DNA from: Spirochaetota bacterium
GTDB lineage: Bacteria > Spirochaetota > UBA4802 > UBA5550
NCBI GenBank assembly: GCA_963663865.1
Contig: OY760686.1
Location: forward strand, 1,088,001-1,152,000
Reading direction: 5' to 3'
DNA: 64,000 nt
Shown one piece after another: positions 10,193 through 19,025 of the stretch (position 1 is the stretch's first letter; the number at the start of each line of letters is the position of its first letter). The notes beneath the pieces were generated by a model, which was given only the letters and a program-made list of their open reading frames with translations, was not told the DNA's origin and made no database searches. The position numbers and the translations under genes are program-made.

Positions 10193-10298
10193 AGGGTTAT
10201 ATAGCTTGACTATTGCATTTCAGGCTGATCAGGTTCAGGTGGAGATTACCGAAGCGTAATATCCAGAATAAAATTAATATTTACCAGGAGGATTTTCA

Positions 10299-11675
10299 AT
10301 GAAATTCTTTCAATGTCTTGCGGCGTCTTTCGATTATTTGGCGAAAAGCATCTTAATTTTCGGTGTCTTTTTCTGTGTTTCAGTTTTTTCGTCATGCGGT
10401 GATGATGATAACAGCAGCATTACACCCGGTGCTGCAAGCCTTTCGGCACTTAGAATTGGGCCGGGGAAACTTACTCCAGCGTTTAATCCGGCCATTACTG
10501 AGTACAGTACCTCAGTTGACTATTTTGCCGAAAAATTTAGGGTTACTCCTTCTGGTGATGATTCCGCAAGTGCGATTGAGGTCAACGGAGTCGGGGTTCA
10601 ATCCGGTGAGCATGCGGGTCTTGTCGCTTTGAGAGAAGGATCGAATGCGGTGGAAATTGACGTTCTTGATGTGGATGGAAACGTAAAAACCTACACTGTG
10701 AATATTACAAGAAAGACTGAGACTGAATACCCGTATTTTGAACTGGATTATACTGCCGGTCAGGATAACGAAATGACCATTGAGTATGATGGAATAGAGC
10801 GAAGATTTTTTTATTATGTCCCTGCTGATTTTGATTCAGAAGCTTCTCATTCGGTAATTGTTGTGCTTCACGGTTTCAATCAGGATGTAAGCAGTATTAT
10901 TCAGACTTATGGAAGCATGAAGACATTGGCAGACGATGATGGAACTATCATAATATTTCCTGAATCGACCGGCAGCAGTGCTGAATCAACACTGTCGTGG
11001 AACCAGCTGTATGGAGACCTCAGTTCGATTTATGAAACTCTTAATGAGGTCGATGATATAGGTTATATTTCATATCTGATTAATACAATGCTGGGAAACA
11101 TGAACGGCGATCCGGACCGGGTGTATGTTACAGGAACATCCATGGGCGGGGCAATGACTTTTGCCCTATCAACATTTATTCCGGGTAAATTCGCTGCTGC
11201 CGCGCCTGTCATAATGCAGGTAGCGCAGGATTTCGTCGCTCAATTCCAGGATGCCCAGCCGCTTCCGTATATGGTCATAACAGGAACGGCTGACCCGCTT
11301 GTCGATCCGGATGGAACTGATACCGGTACAATAAAAAATGTTTCTCAGGCAGCGAGTATTGAATACCTTAAGATAAGGAACGGCCTGACTGGGGACGGTG
11401 AAATGACAGCTCTTCCTGACACTGTAACGGAAGTATTTCAGGGAGAGGACGCCAACTCATATATTGAACAGTATGTCTGGGAAAGCAGCGCAGGAAACGA
11501 TCTTTTCTATCTGAAAGTAGTTAACGGCGGACACTGGCTTCCTTCGTATATGGGCGGTATGGCCATGGATCCCTCAAATCTTGGTGGATGGGACGGAAGT
11601 TATCTGGGGCACTGGAACAATGATTACGACGCAGCCGCAGGAATTTACAACTTTTTTATGAATTATACAAGATAG
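10299..11675 (+). CDS. Lipoprotein: cadherin-like domain + alpha/beta-hydrolase (PHB depolymerase/LpqP-like esterase)
   Basis: Lipobox FSSC; LTPAFNP..KTYTVNITR cadherin-like region; VLHG, DDIGY, GTSMGG nucleophile elbow, GTADPLV, GGHW. Confidence 0.8.
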   Translation: MKFFQCLAASFDYLAKSILIFGVFFCVSVFSSCGDDDNSSITPGAASLSALRIGPGKLTPAFNPAITEYSTSVDYFAEKFRVTPSGDDSASAIEVNGVGVQSGEHAGLVALREGSNAVEIDVLDVDGNVKTYTVNITRKTETEYPYFELDYTAGQDNEMTIEYDGIERRFFYYVPADFDSEASHSVIVVLHGFNQDVSSIIQTYGSMKTLADDDGTIIIFPESTGSSAESTLSWNQLYGDLSSIYETLNEVDDIGYISYLINTMLGNMNGDPDRVYVTGTSMGGAMTFALSTFIPGKFAAAAPVIMQVAQDFVAQFQDAQPLPYMVITGTADPLVDPDGTDTGTIKNVSQAASIEYLKIRNGLTGDGEMTALPDTVTEVFQGEDANSYIEQYVWESSAGNDLFYLKVVNGGHWLPSYMGGMAMDPSNLGGWDGSYLGHWNNDYDAAAGIYNFFMNYTR

Positions 11676-11711
11676 TTCCGCTGTGTAATAAATAACACAA
11701 CAGGCGGTTTT

Positions 11712-11748
11712 TTGAAAAGGGGATGCCGGGAAGTCATTCCCTTTTCAA
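11712..11748. terminator. Hairpin between convergent genes
   Basis: TTGAAAAGGG...CCCTTTTCAA inverted repeat. Confidence 0.55.
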
Positions 11749-11754
11749 TTTTGG

Positions 11755-12459
11755 TTACTGTGCGTATCCGAGCAGCTTAACGATCCACGGCGAGAACAGC
11801 GCCGTAAGGATGCCGTTCAGTGCCAGGGCGAGCCCGCCGTAAGCGCTGTGCACTTCGCCGAGTTCGGCGGCCCTTGCTGTCCCGAGGCCATGTGAGGCCG
11901 CTCCCATGGCAAGCCCTATGGCCGCCGGCTTCTTAACGCGTATAAGCTTCAGAAACGAGATTCCCATTATTGCCCCGAGAATTCCTACAGTCAGCACAAT
12001 GCCCGCGGTCAGCGGAGGTATGCCTCCCAGTGTGTCGGCAATGTCCATCGCGATGGGCGTCGTGACCGACTTTGGAGCGAGTGAGAGTATTATCTCTCTG
12101 GAAGCTCCGAATACCTTTGCGAGCACAATAACCGATACGATTCCCGTAATGCTTCCGGCAAGCATGGTCAAAATGATACCGTAACCGTTTTTTTTGATGG
12201 TCTGCAGCTGGAAGTACAGCGGAAGCCCGAGCGCGACAACCGCGGGCTGAAGCATGAAACCGATATAGCTTCCGCCCCTGTTGTACTCTTCATAGGTAAC
12301 TCCTGTTCCGAGCAGAAAAGCTATTAGAGCTATGGTAGTCAGGAGAATAGGGTTCAGGAAGAAATAGCTGAAGCGCCCGTGCAGTGTTTTGAACGAGAGG
12401 TAGAGCAGCAGCGTGAGCGTAATGGAGAAAACCTCACTTCTGAGAAAATCATGCATCAT
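11755..12459 (-). CDS. lrgB: LrgB family membrane protein
   Basis: PAVVALGLPLY, SLAPKSVTTPIA, ASHGLGTA motifs. Confidence 0.9.
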   Translation of the reverse strand: MMHDFLRSEVFSITLTLLLYLSFKTLHGRFSYFFLNPILLTTIALIAFLLGTGVTYEEYNRGGSYIGFMLQPAVVALGLPLYFQLQTIKKNGYGIILTMLAGSITGIVSVIVLAKVFGASREIILSLAPKSVTTPIAMDIADTLGGIPPLTAGIVLTVGILGAIMGISFLKLIRVKKPAAIGLAMGAASHGLGTARAAELGEVHSAYGGLALALNGILTALFSPWIVKLLGYAQ

Positions 12460-12790
12460 CTTTACCCGCCTTCTGATAAATAAGCCCCACCACCGCAAGG
12501 ACGATCAGCGTGCTGAAAAACGACGATACGGCGATAGGCACAATTTCATCTTTGATCAGGCCGAAATATGAGAGTATGCCGACTCCCGGCGGAATAAAGA
12601 AGAAGGCCATGTTTTTGATAAAGAAATCGGATATTGACTTTATGGAATGCGGCTTTATCAGCCTGAAGTGCAGTAGCAGAGTCAGCAGAAGCATTCCTAT
12701 GACGCTTGACGGCACCGAGAGTCCGAAGAGCTTTCTGATTCCCTCTCCGGCCAGAAGGCAGCCGAATATTATTGAAGCCTGTTTAATCAT
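12449..12790 (-). CDS. lrgA: CidA/LrgA family protein
   Basis: VPSSVIGMLLL, NMAFFFIPPGVG; overlaps lrgB. Confidence 0.9.
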   Translation of the reverse strand: MIKQASIIFGCLLAGEGIRKLFGLSVPSSVIGMLLLTLLLHFRLIKPHSIKSISDFFIKNMAFFFIPPGVGILSYFGLIKDEIVPIAVSSFFSTLIVLAVVGLIYQKAGKDDA

Positions 12791-13049
12791 GTTAGTTTTC
12801 TCCTATGGATATCATATTAAAACATGCGATTTTTCGCAACAAAAGAAATGAGGACCTGTGCCCTGAACAGCGAATTATTCCGTCAGGGCATTGTGCTTTT
12901 TGCGGTCATTATTGTCTGGTATGGGTGGGGATGATGTCAGCTTAATCAATTTCATTTTTTCAGAATCTATATATAATGTCTGAAAAAGTATGTCATTTTT
13001 CCTCACTGAATTACTCATAGTAAATAATGAAAGCTCATATAAAATCTTT

Positions 13050-13352
13050 GCAAGAGCCGGTGTTCAGAACTTCGCCTTCTATCTTCTCAGCGATGGAGGC
13101 AGCGGTATCAACGAAGACTGTCCGGGCGGGAAAACGTATAATGTGACAGGAATAGGGGTCGAGAATGCCGGCGCGATAGCCATGTACTCAAACTGCAACC
13201 TGCTGACCTCAAACGCGGATTTCCAGGAGTCAGCAGACGCATGGTTGCTTGCTTCATATCTCTTTTATCTTGAGGGGATGGACTGGTATCTGGATAATGT
13301 TGTTTCTACCTGGTGTGCTGTGGGGGTTATTCCTCAGTTGAATGGACATTAA
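13050..13352 (+). pseudogene. 3' fragment of a thermolysin-like (M4) peptidase, copy 1
   Basis: ARAGVQNFAFYLLSDGG...VTGIG...LLTSNADF...WCAVGV resembles the thermolysin C-terminal domain; no HEXXH; the 20 codons upstream are AT-rich and non-homologous. Confidence 0.7.
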
Positions 13353-13374
13353 TATGCTTAAAGGGAGATGGAAT

Positions 13375-14469
13375 ATGAAAATAACAGCTTTAATTATATC
13401 AGCTATGTTTATGCTTATATCATGTGATTCGGACACAAGCAAATCCGTGCCGGAACAGGTTGAGCCACTTGAGGGAGTATTTGTTCTTGGCTCTGTAGAT
13501 GGGAACGTGGGTTACTGGCATGATGGGGAATGGAACCAGTGTGAGGTGCCTGTTGGAGCAGATAGCTGTTCTGGTGATTCAATTTATATTACAGAATATG
13601 ATGTTTATATTGGTGGAGGTTACAGATACGCTTATAATCAATACAATTTTGTACATGTGCCCGGTTACTGGAAGAATTTGGAATGGGAACCACTTTACAC
13701 TGCTGAACCCATAGCTAGTGCTGGAGTGTTTTCTGTGACTTCATCAGATGAAGATATTTATTTTGCCGGACATTTAAATCATGAAGCATGTTATTGGAAA
13801 AACAATGATTTAATATATTTGGATGATTTTGACAATAGTAGTGTTCTTTACAAGCTGGATCCGTACATGGAAATAACATGTATAATGTCAAATAATAACA
13901 ATATTTATGGAGCCGTTCAATCTACAAAACCAGTTTACTTTAAAAATAAAAATTTAATAAGCCTTTCAATTGATGGTGTGGGGAGTTTGGAAACAGTAAT
14001 TATGCACAATGGAGATATCTACGCTGCGGGCCGATGCCATGATGTAGAAGGTAATTATTTTACGGGTTACTGGAAAAATGATGAATGGGTAGCTCTTCCT
14101 AATCCCAATTCTGATGGGAGAATAATTATTATTACCGGTATTGCTGTTTCAGGTGATGATGTTTATGTTTGTGCTTATTCTCAGGTATATGTGGAATCTG
14201 CTCATTCTATTACAATATTAAATTATTCATCTGGATACTGGAAGAATGGTAAATGGTTTGACCTCGAATCGTCGTATGGTACCCCGAAGGCAGAGGCTAT
14301 GGTCGAACACAATGGAGATATCTACATTGTCGGAGGATGTTACAGTAATTACAACTATTCATATACCAGTCACCCTTCTTTCTATGCTGGCTACTGGAAG
14401 AACGGAGACTGGAACGAACTGGGAGTTGAGGGTGAAGATGCGCTAGCTTTTGATATAGTTGTGAAGTGA
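13375..14469 (+). CDS. Lipoprotein with GYWKNG repeats (probable beta-propeller), copy 1
   Basis: GGGAG RBS, lipobox LISC, about 7 D(I/V)Y..G....YWKN repeats. Confidence 0.85.
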   Translation: MKITALIISAMFMLISCDSDTSKSVPEQVEPLEGVFVLGSVDGNVGYWHDGEWNQCEVPVGADSCSGDSIYITEYDVYIGGGYRYAYNQYNFVHVPGYWKNLEWEPLYTAEPIASAGVFSVTSSDEDIYFAGHLNHEACYWKNNDLIYLDDFDNSSVLYKLDPYMEITCIMSNNNNIYGAVQSTKPVYFKNKNLISLSIDGVGSLETVIMHNGDIYAAGRCHDVEGNYFTGYWKNDEWVALPNPNSDGRIIIITGIAVSGDDVYVCAYSQVYVESAHSITILNYSSGYWKNGKWFDLESSYGTPKAEAMVEHNGDIYIVGGCYSNYNYSYTSHPSFYAGYWKNGDWNELGVEGEDALAFDIVVK

Positions 14470-14480
14470 GTCTCATCTCA

Positions 14481-14501
14481 GCCGGTCCCTTGCGGGCCGG
14501 C
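14481..14501 (+). terminator. GC-rich hairpin after lipoprotein 1 (no clear U tract)
   Basis: GCCGGTCC...GGGCCGGC. Confidence 0.45.
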
Positions 14502-14670
14502 AGCCTCATAGGTGCTTACGCCGAATTTCTGTTCGCGTTGATGTTTCCGTAAACAAGGCTGAACATGATTACTGCTAAAGTTATGTTGAAAAAAACCGGC
14601 AAACGATTGTCATCAAAGAATCTCAATTGCTGAACGTCAAAAATTCAATGGTAATGTATTCACAAGCGCC

Positions 14671-14985
14671 CCCGACTATCATGCAAGAGCTGTTGTCCAG
14701 AACTTCGCCTTCTATCTTCTCAGTGATGGCGGCAGCGGTATAAACTACGACTGTCCGGGCGGCAAGGCGTACAATGTTACCGGAATTGGAGTCCAGAATG
14801 CCGGCGCGATCGCTATGTACTCAAACTGCAACCTGCTGACTTCAAACGCGGATTTCCAGGAGTCAGCAGACGCGTGGTTGCTTGCTTCATATCTCTTTTA
14901 TCTTGAGGGGTTTGACGATTATATGGACAACGTGGTTTCCGCCTGGTGTGCTGTGGGGGTTATTCCTCAGTTGAATGGACATTAA
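14671..14985 (+). pseudogene. 3' fragment of an M4 peptidase, copy 2 (no start codon; not in the ORF track)
   Basis: PDYHARAVVQNFAFYLLSDGG...WCAVGVIPQLNGH*; frame closed upstream by TGA at 14587 with no ATG before the fragment. Confidence 0.75.
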
Positions 14986-15007
14986 TATGCTTAAAAGGAG
15001 ATAGAAT

Positions 15008-16084
15008 ATGAAAATTTCAGTTTTAATTATATCAGCTATGTTTATGATTTTATCATGCGATTCGGATTCAGATAACACTCCGTCAGAAAGCGGGCCGGAA
15101 CAGGTTGAGCCACTTGAGGGAGTGTTTGTTTTAGGTTCTTTTGGCGGAAATATGGGTTACTGGCATGATGGTGAGTGGAATAACCTTCCGGTTTCAGATT
15201 CATGGAAAATTGGCAGAGCTTATTCATTATGTGTGTATGAAGATTCGATCTATATGGCGGGTTATGAAAGTTCTGACGGTGGTAAAAACTATAAAACGGG
15301 ATACTATGTCAACAATGAATGGGTTCAGATCAATGAGCCAAATGAATATTGGCATATATCAGATATTGAAGTTCACAACAATAAAATATATTGTGCAGGC
15401 GCATCGGGGTCTACAGCATGTTACTGGATAAACGGTGAGGTAATATTTCCTGCTGATATTGAAGGTGAATCTTATGCCAACGGGAAGATTAACTCAATAA
15501 TCGTTGAAAATGATAATGTTATAGCTGCCGGCGATAATCATGTTTTCCCAGTTTACTGGTTAAACACAGAGCCTGTACAGCTGTCTATACCTGGAGAATT
15601 AATCAATGGCAGTCTGTGGGTAGTAAGGAAATATAACGATAATATTTATACGGCAGGATGGTGTAGAAACCAGGATGGTGATTATCTTACTGGCTATTGG
15701 AGGAACGATGAATGGGTTACATTGACTAACCCGTTTTGTGAAGATGTAATACTTACGATTATCACGGGGATAGAAGTAGTTAATGATGATGTCTATGTTT
15801 GTGCATATTCTGAGGTAATAGTTGAAAGTTATTCGGAAATAACTTCAGGTTACTGGAAGAATGGAGAATGGTTTGAACTTGAGACTCCGAGAGGGACTTC
15901 AATGGCGCGAGGAATGGTAGAACATAATGGTGATATTTACATTGTTGGTTCAAGTTTTGAAAATTTTTGTAGTCTAACCGGTTCCGCATCCGCCTCTTAC
16001 GCCGGTTACTGGAAGAACGGAGAGTGGCACCCTCTTGGCGAAGAAGGAGTTCAAGCAAGTGCATTTGACATTGTCGTGAAGTAA
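15008..16084 (+). CDS. Lipoprotein with GYWKNG repeats (probable beta-propeller), copy 2
   Basis: AGGAG RBS, lipobox ILSC; paralog of 13375-14469. Confidence 0.85.
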   Translation: MKISVLIISAMFMILSCDSDSDNTPSESGPEQVEPLEGVFVLGSFGGNMGYWHDGEWNNLPVSDSWKIGRAYSLCVYEDSIYMAGYESSDGGKNYKTGYYVNNEWVQINEPNEYWHISDIEVHNNKIYCAGASGSTACYWINGEVIFPADIEGESYANGKINSIIVENDNVIAAGDNHVFPVYWLNTEPVQLSIPGELINGSLWVVRKYNDNIYTAGWCRNQDGDYLTGYWRNDEWVTLTNPFCEDVILTIITGIEVVNDDVYVCAYSEVIVESYSEITSGYWKNGEWFELETPRGTSMARGMVEHNGDIYIVGSSFENFCSLTGSASASYAGYWKNGEWHPLGEEGVQASAFDIVVK

Positions 16085-16094
16085 TTTCTGCAAT

Positions 16095-16129
16095 GAGGCC
16101 GGCCTTTAAAGGGCCGGGCTCTTTGTTTT
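16095..16129 (+). terminator. Intrinsic terminator
   Basis: CCGGCC...GGCCGG stem followed by TCTTTGTTTT. Confidence 0.6.
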
Positions 16130-16163
16130 CCAAAACAGTTGATCATAAATCAGGGTCTTAATA

Positions 16164-17486
16164 GAGAGTATCAGATGTTTTGTGTAAATAGCCTTTGATT
16201 ATAATGGTACTCTGTCTCCAAAATATACTGCGAACTGGTTGATAGCAGCACCCCAATCTCTGATTGGCATAGTCCATTTTTTCTCGGCTTTCGTCAATGC
16301 CAAATACAGCACCTTAAAGATTGAATCATCTGTAGGAAATGCCGCTCTTTTCTGGGTTACTTTCCGTAGGCTTGAATTCAAGGATTCAATTGCGTTGGTA
16401 GTATAAATTGCTTTTCGAATATCTGCCGGATAAGCGAAAAATTCGTTGAGGTTTTCCCAATTGGCTCGCCATGACTTTGAAATCATCGGATATTTACCAT
16501 CCCACTTTTTAGAAAATTCATCAAGCGAAGCCAAACCAGCCTTTTCGGAAGGGGCAGAATATATGCTTTTCAGATCGGTACATATCGCCTTTCGTTCTTT
16601 CCATGATACATATTTTATTGAATTGCGTATCATATGAACTATGCACAGCTGAATCCTGGTCTCTGGGAATACGGCATTAACCGCATCTGGAAACCCTTTC
16701 AGTCCATCCATGCAAGCGATGAAGACATCTTCGATTCCTCGATTTTTAAGTTCATTTACAACCTGAAGCCAAAATTTAGCTCCTTCTGAATCGCCAATCC
16801 ATAAGCCTAGAACTTCTTTTTTGCCCTGCATATTGACCCCAATAGCCGTATACACTGATTTATTTGATACTTTGCCGTCAGTTCGGCCTTTGACCACGAT
16901 AGCGTCAAAATACACTATAGGGTACACAGGATCAAGTGGACGGGATTGCCATTCCAGAACATCTTTTATTATCTCATTGGTGACGGTGCTGATCAGGTCA
17001 GGGGAAACCTCTACTCCATAGATATCTTCAAGATGGCCCTGAATATCTCTGGTTGTCATTCCCAACCCGTACATCGATATGATTTTCTCATCAAACAGCT
17101 CGAATCGTTTTTGATGCTTCTTTACTATTCTGGGTTCGAATTCAGCATTACGGTCTCGAGGAATATCAATTAGAATTTCACCATTGTTTGTTAAGAGCTT
17201 CTTGCTACTTCGACCATTACGAGCGTTGGTGCTTTTGCCTGCTGATCTTTCATTTTTGTCGTAACCAAGATGTTCTGCCATCTCAGCTTTCATCGCTGTT
17301 TCGATAATCCTTTTGGTTAATTGCTGAATAAGGCCGTCTTTCCCGGTAATCTGTTCAGGTGTCAGTGCCTTAAAATCCACATCCTCAAGCAATTCATTAA
17401 TGATTGCATCTTTGTCCATAGCCATATTTTTCTCCTTATCTATTGATTAATAATATAGCTATTTACACAAATCTTTTTACACTCTC
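16164..17486 (-). mobile_element. IS256-family insertion sequence (1323 bp)
   Basis: Imperfect 29-bp terminal IRs (GAGAGT...TTTGTGTAAATAGC); 8-bp target duplication TCTTAATA at 16156-16163 and 17487-17494. Confidence 0.95.
16199..17425 (-). CDS. IS256 (Mutator-type) DDE transposase
   Basis: RNG, PRDR, YFDAI, DGLKGF, QLCIVH..RN, YTTNAIESLN. Confidence 0.97.
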   Translation of the reverse strand: MAMDKDAIINELLEDVDFKALTPEQITGKDGLIQQLTKRIIETAMKAEMAEHLGYDKNERSAGKSTNARNGRSSKKLLTNNGEILIDIPRDRNAEFEPRIVKKHQKRFELFDEKIISMYGLGMTTRDIQGHLEDIYGVEVSPDLISTVTNEIIKDVLEWQSRPLDPVYPIVYFDAIVVKGRTDGKVSNKSVYTAIGVNMQGKKEVLGLWIGDSEGAKFWLQVVNELKNRGIEDVFIACMDGLKGFPDAVNAVFPETRIQLCIVHMIRNSIKYVSWKERKAICTDLKSIYSAPSEKAGLASLDEFSKKWDGKYPMISKSWRANWENLNEFFAYPADIRKAIYTTNAIESLNSSLRKVTQKRAAFPTDDSIFKVLYLALTKAEKKWTMPIRDWGAAINQFAVYFGDRVPL

Positions 17487-17533
17487 TCTTAATAATCTAC
17501 ATGCTGAAACACGAGTCCATTCGGAAGTATACA

Positions 17534-18598
17534 TTACAGCCATTTCTTTCTTTTGAAGAATACAACCATGCCGCCGGCGACAACACCCATTACCGCGAGA
17601 CAGATGAAATATCCGTATCTGAATTTGGTCTCCGGCATGTTGGCAAAATTCATACCGTAAACACCCGCAATAAAAGTAAGAGGAATGAATATTGTAGATA
17701 TAAGCGTAAGGACCTTTATGATTTCGTTCATTTTGTTGCTCACGCTTGAAAGATAGATGTCCGTCATGCTTGAAAGAAATTCCCGGTAAATCTCAACGGT
17801 GTCAATGGCCTCAATCGTGTGGTCATACAGGTCTCGCATGTAGGGCATTGTGCCTTTTCTCATCAGCGCGTTTTCTGAACGCATAAGCTGGCTGATCATT
17901 TCACGGAGAGGCCAGACAGTTTTCCTCACAGCGAGCATGTCTCTTTTAAGCCTGTGGAGCTTTGCCATAGTCCGTCTGCCGGGCATGTACAGGAGCTCCT
18001 CTTCGAGCTGTTCAATAAGACTCCCTGTCTTTTCAAGAACAACAAAATAATGATCAATGATTCCGTCCATTATGCTGTAGGCAAGATAGTCAGCCCCTTC
18101 GCGTCTTATTGTCCCCTTCGGGTTCCTGATTCGTGATGTGATATGCTCAAACGCATTACTCTGCTTTTCCTGAAATGATATTACTGTTTTATCATTGAAG
18201 ACAATATTGACCTGCTCCTTTTCAATATCTCCCTTTGCTTCGTTAAATGTGAGGATCTTCATTACGATATAAATATAATCTCCGTAATCGTCGCATTTAG
18301 CCCTTTCGTAGGAATTGGCAATGTCTTCGAGTACCATGGAATCTATTGAATATCGGGCGCCAATCCGTGCGATGAGTTCTACATTATGAGTACCGTCGAA
18401 CTGAATCCACTTAATACGGTGATGGTTTTCGTTCTCAAGGAGTTCCGGAAGAGATATATCCTGCTCTTCGGTAAAACCGCTTTCATCGTAGCAGAGTCTG
18501 CTGATTCGGACTGGCTCGGTCCTGTCCTCTCCGACATGTATAATTACGCCGGGAGGCGATCCGAGTTTTTTTCCTGACCTTACGGGAAAGAGTTTCAT
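17534..18598 (-). CDS. corA: Mg/Co transporter CorA
   Basis: YGMNF..MPE signature with two C-terminal TM helices. Confidence 0.95.
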   Translation of the reverse strand: MKLFPVRSGKKLGSPPGVIIHVGEDRTEPVRISRLCYDESGFTEEQDISLPELLENENHHRIKWIQFDGTHNVELIARIGARYSIDSMVLEDIANSYERAKCDDYGDYIYIVMKILTFNEAKGDIEKEQVNIVFNDKTVISFQEKQSNAFEHITSRIRNPKGTIRREGADYLAYSIMDGIIDHYFVVLEKTGSLIEQLEEELLYMPGRRTMAKLHRLKRDMLAVRKTVWPLREMISQLMRSENALMRKGTMPYMRDLYDHTIEAIDTVEIYREFLSSMTDIYLSSVSNKMNEIIKVLTLISTIFIPLTFIAGVYGMNFANMPETKFRYGYFICLAVMGVVAGGMVVFFKRKKWL

Positions 18599-19025
18599 GT
18601 GAGGGCCTCCTTGAGGATGTCTGATTTCTATCTGTTAAGCTTTTTGATTGTACCCGGGTTCGGATGCCCTACCAGAAATTTGCCGGCATAGCTTTCCATA
18701 GCCTTAAGGGAATTCCTTGCAATAACAATCTCCATTGCGGGTAATGATGGATAAAAACAACATAATCAGCCTCTGCAAGAACTGGGAACTTTGCCCAGCT
18801 TTATTATTTCTTCGGATCAAGTTATAGGAATCATGTATTAAAATATTAGAAGAAATGTTAAAAAGCAACAAATGAGATTTGCGTCGAATACGAGGGATTG
18901 GATGAATTGAACTGTTCAAAGCCGCCTGTCCTGTCACCCTTTTGAATTTGACAAAAATCGGGGAATTGCGTTTTCTGTCATTGTCGAATCCGGCATGCTA
19001 AAAACTTAAAATGCGAGGAGATCAA

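Larger units (their letters stand above)
13049..15180 (+). repeat. Direct repeat: 13049-~13535 vs 14682-~15180 (M4 tail + RBS + lipoprotein 5' end)
   Basis: Manual alignment with long identical runs, e.g. cctggtgtgctgtgggggttattcctcagttgaatggacattaatatgcttaaa. Confidence 0.95.

Noticed and set aside
11755-12790. LrgA as a holin exporting the adjacent peptidase
   Set aside because: Ordinary lrgAB pair (often organic-acid transport), divergently oriented; no supporting evidence.
12990-13049. N-terminus of the 120-aa ORF as a genuine gene start
   Set aside because: AT-rich, no clear RBS and no counterpart in copy 2; treated as a fortuitous extension of a fragment, though translation is not excluded.
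12850-16150. Integron cassette array or DGR as explanation for the tandem units
   Set aside because: No attC-like sites, integrase or reverse transcriptase seen; differences between repeats are not adenine-specific.
18600-19000. M-box Mg riboswitch upstream of corA
   Set aside because: Conserved ykoK motifs not recognisable by eye; an Rfam scan would settle it.
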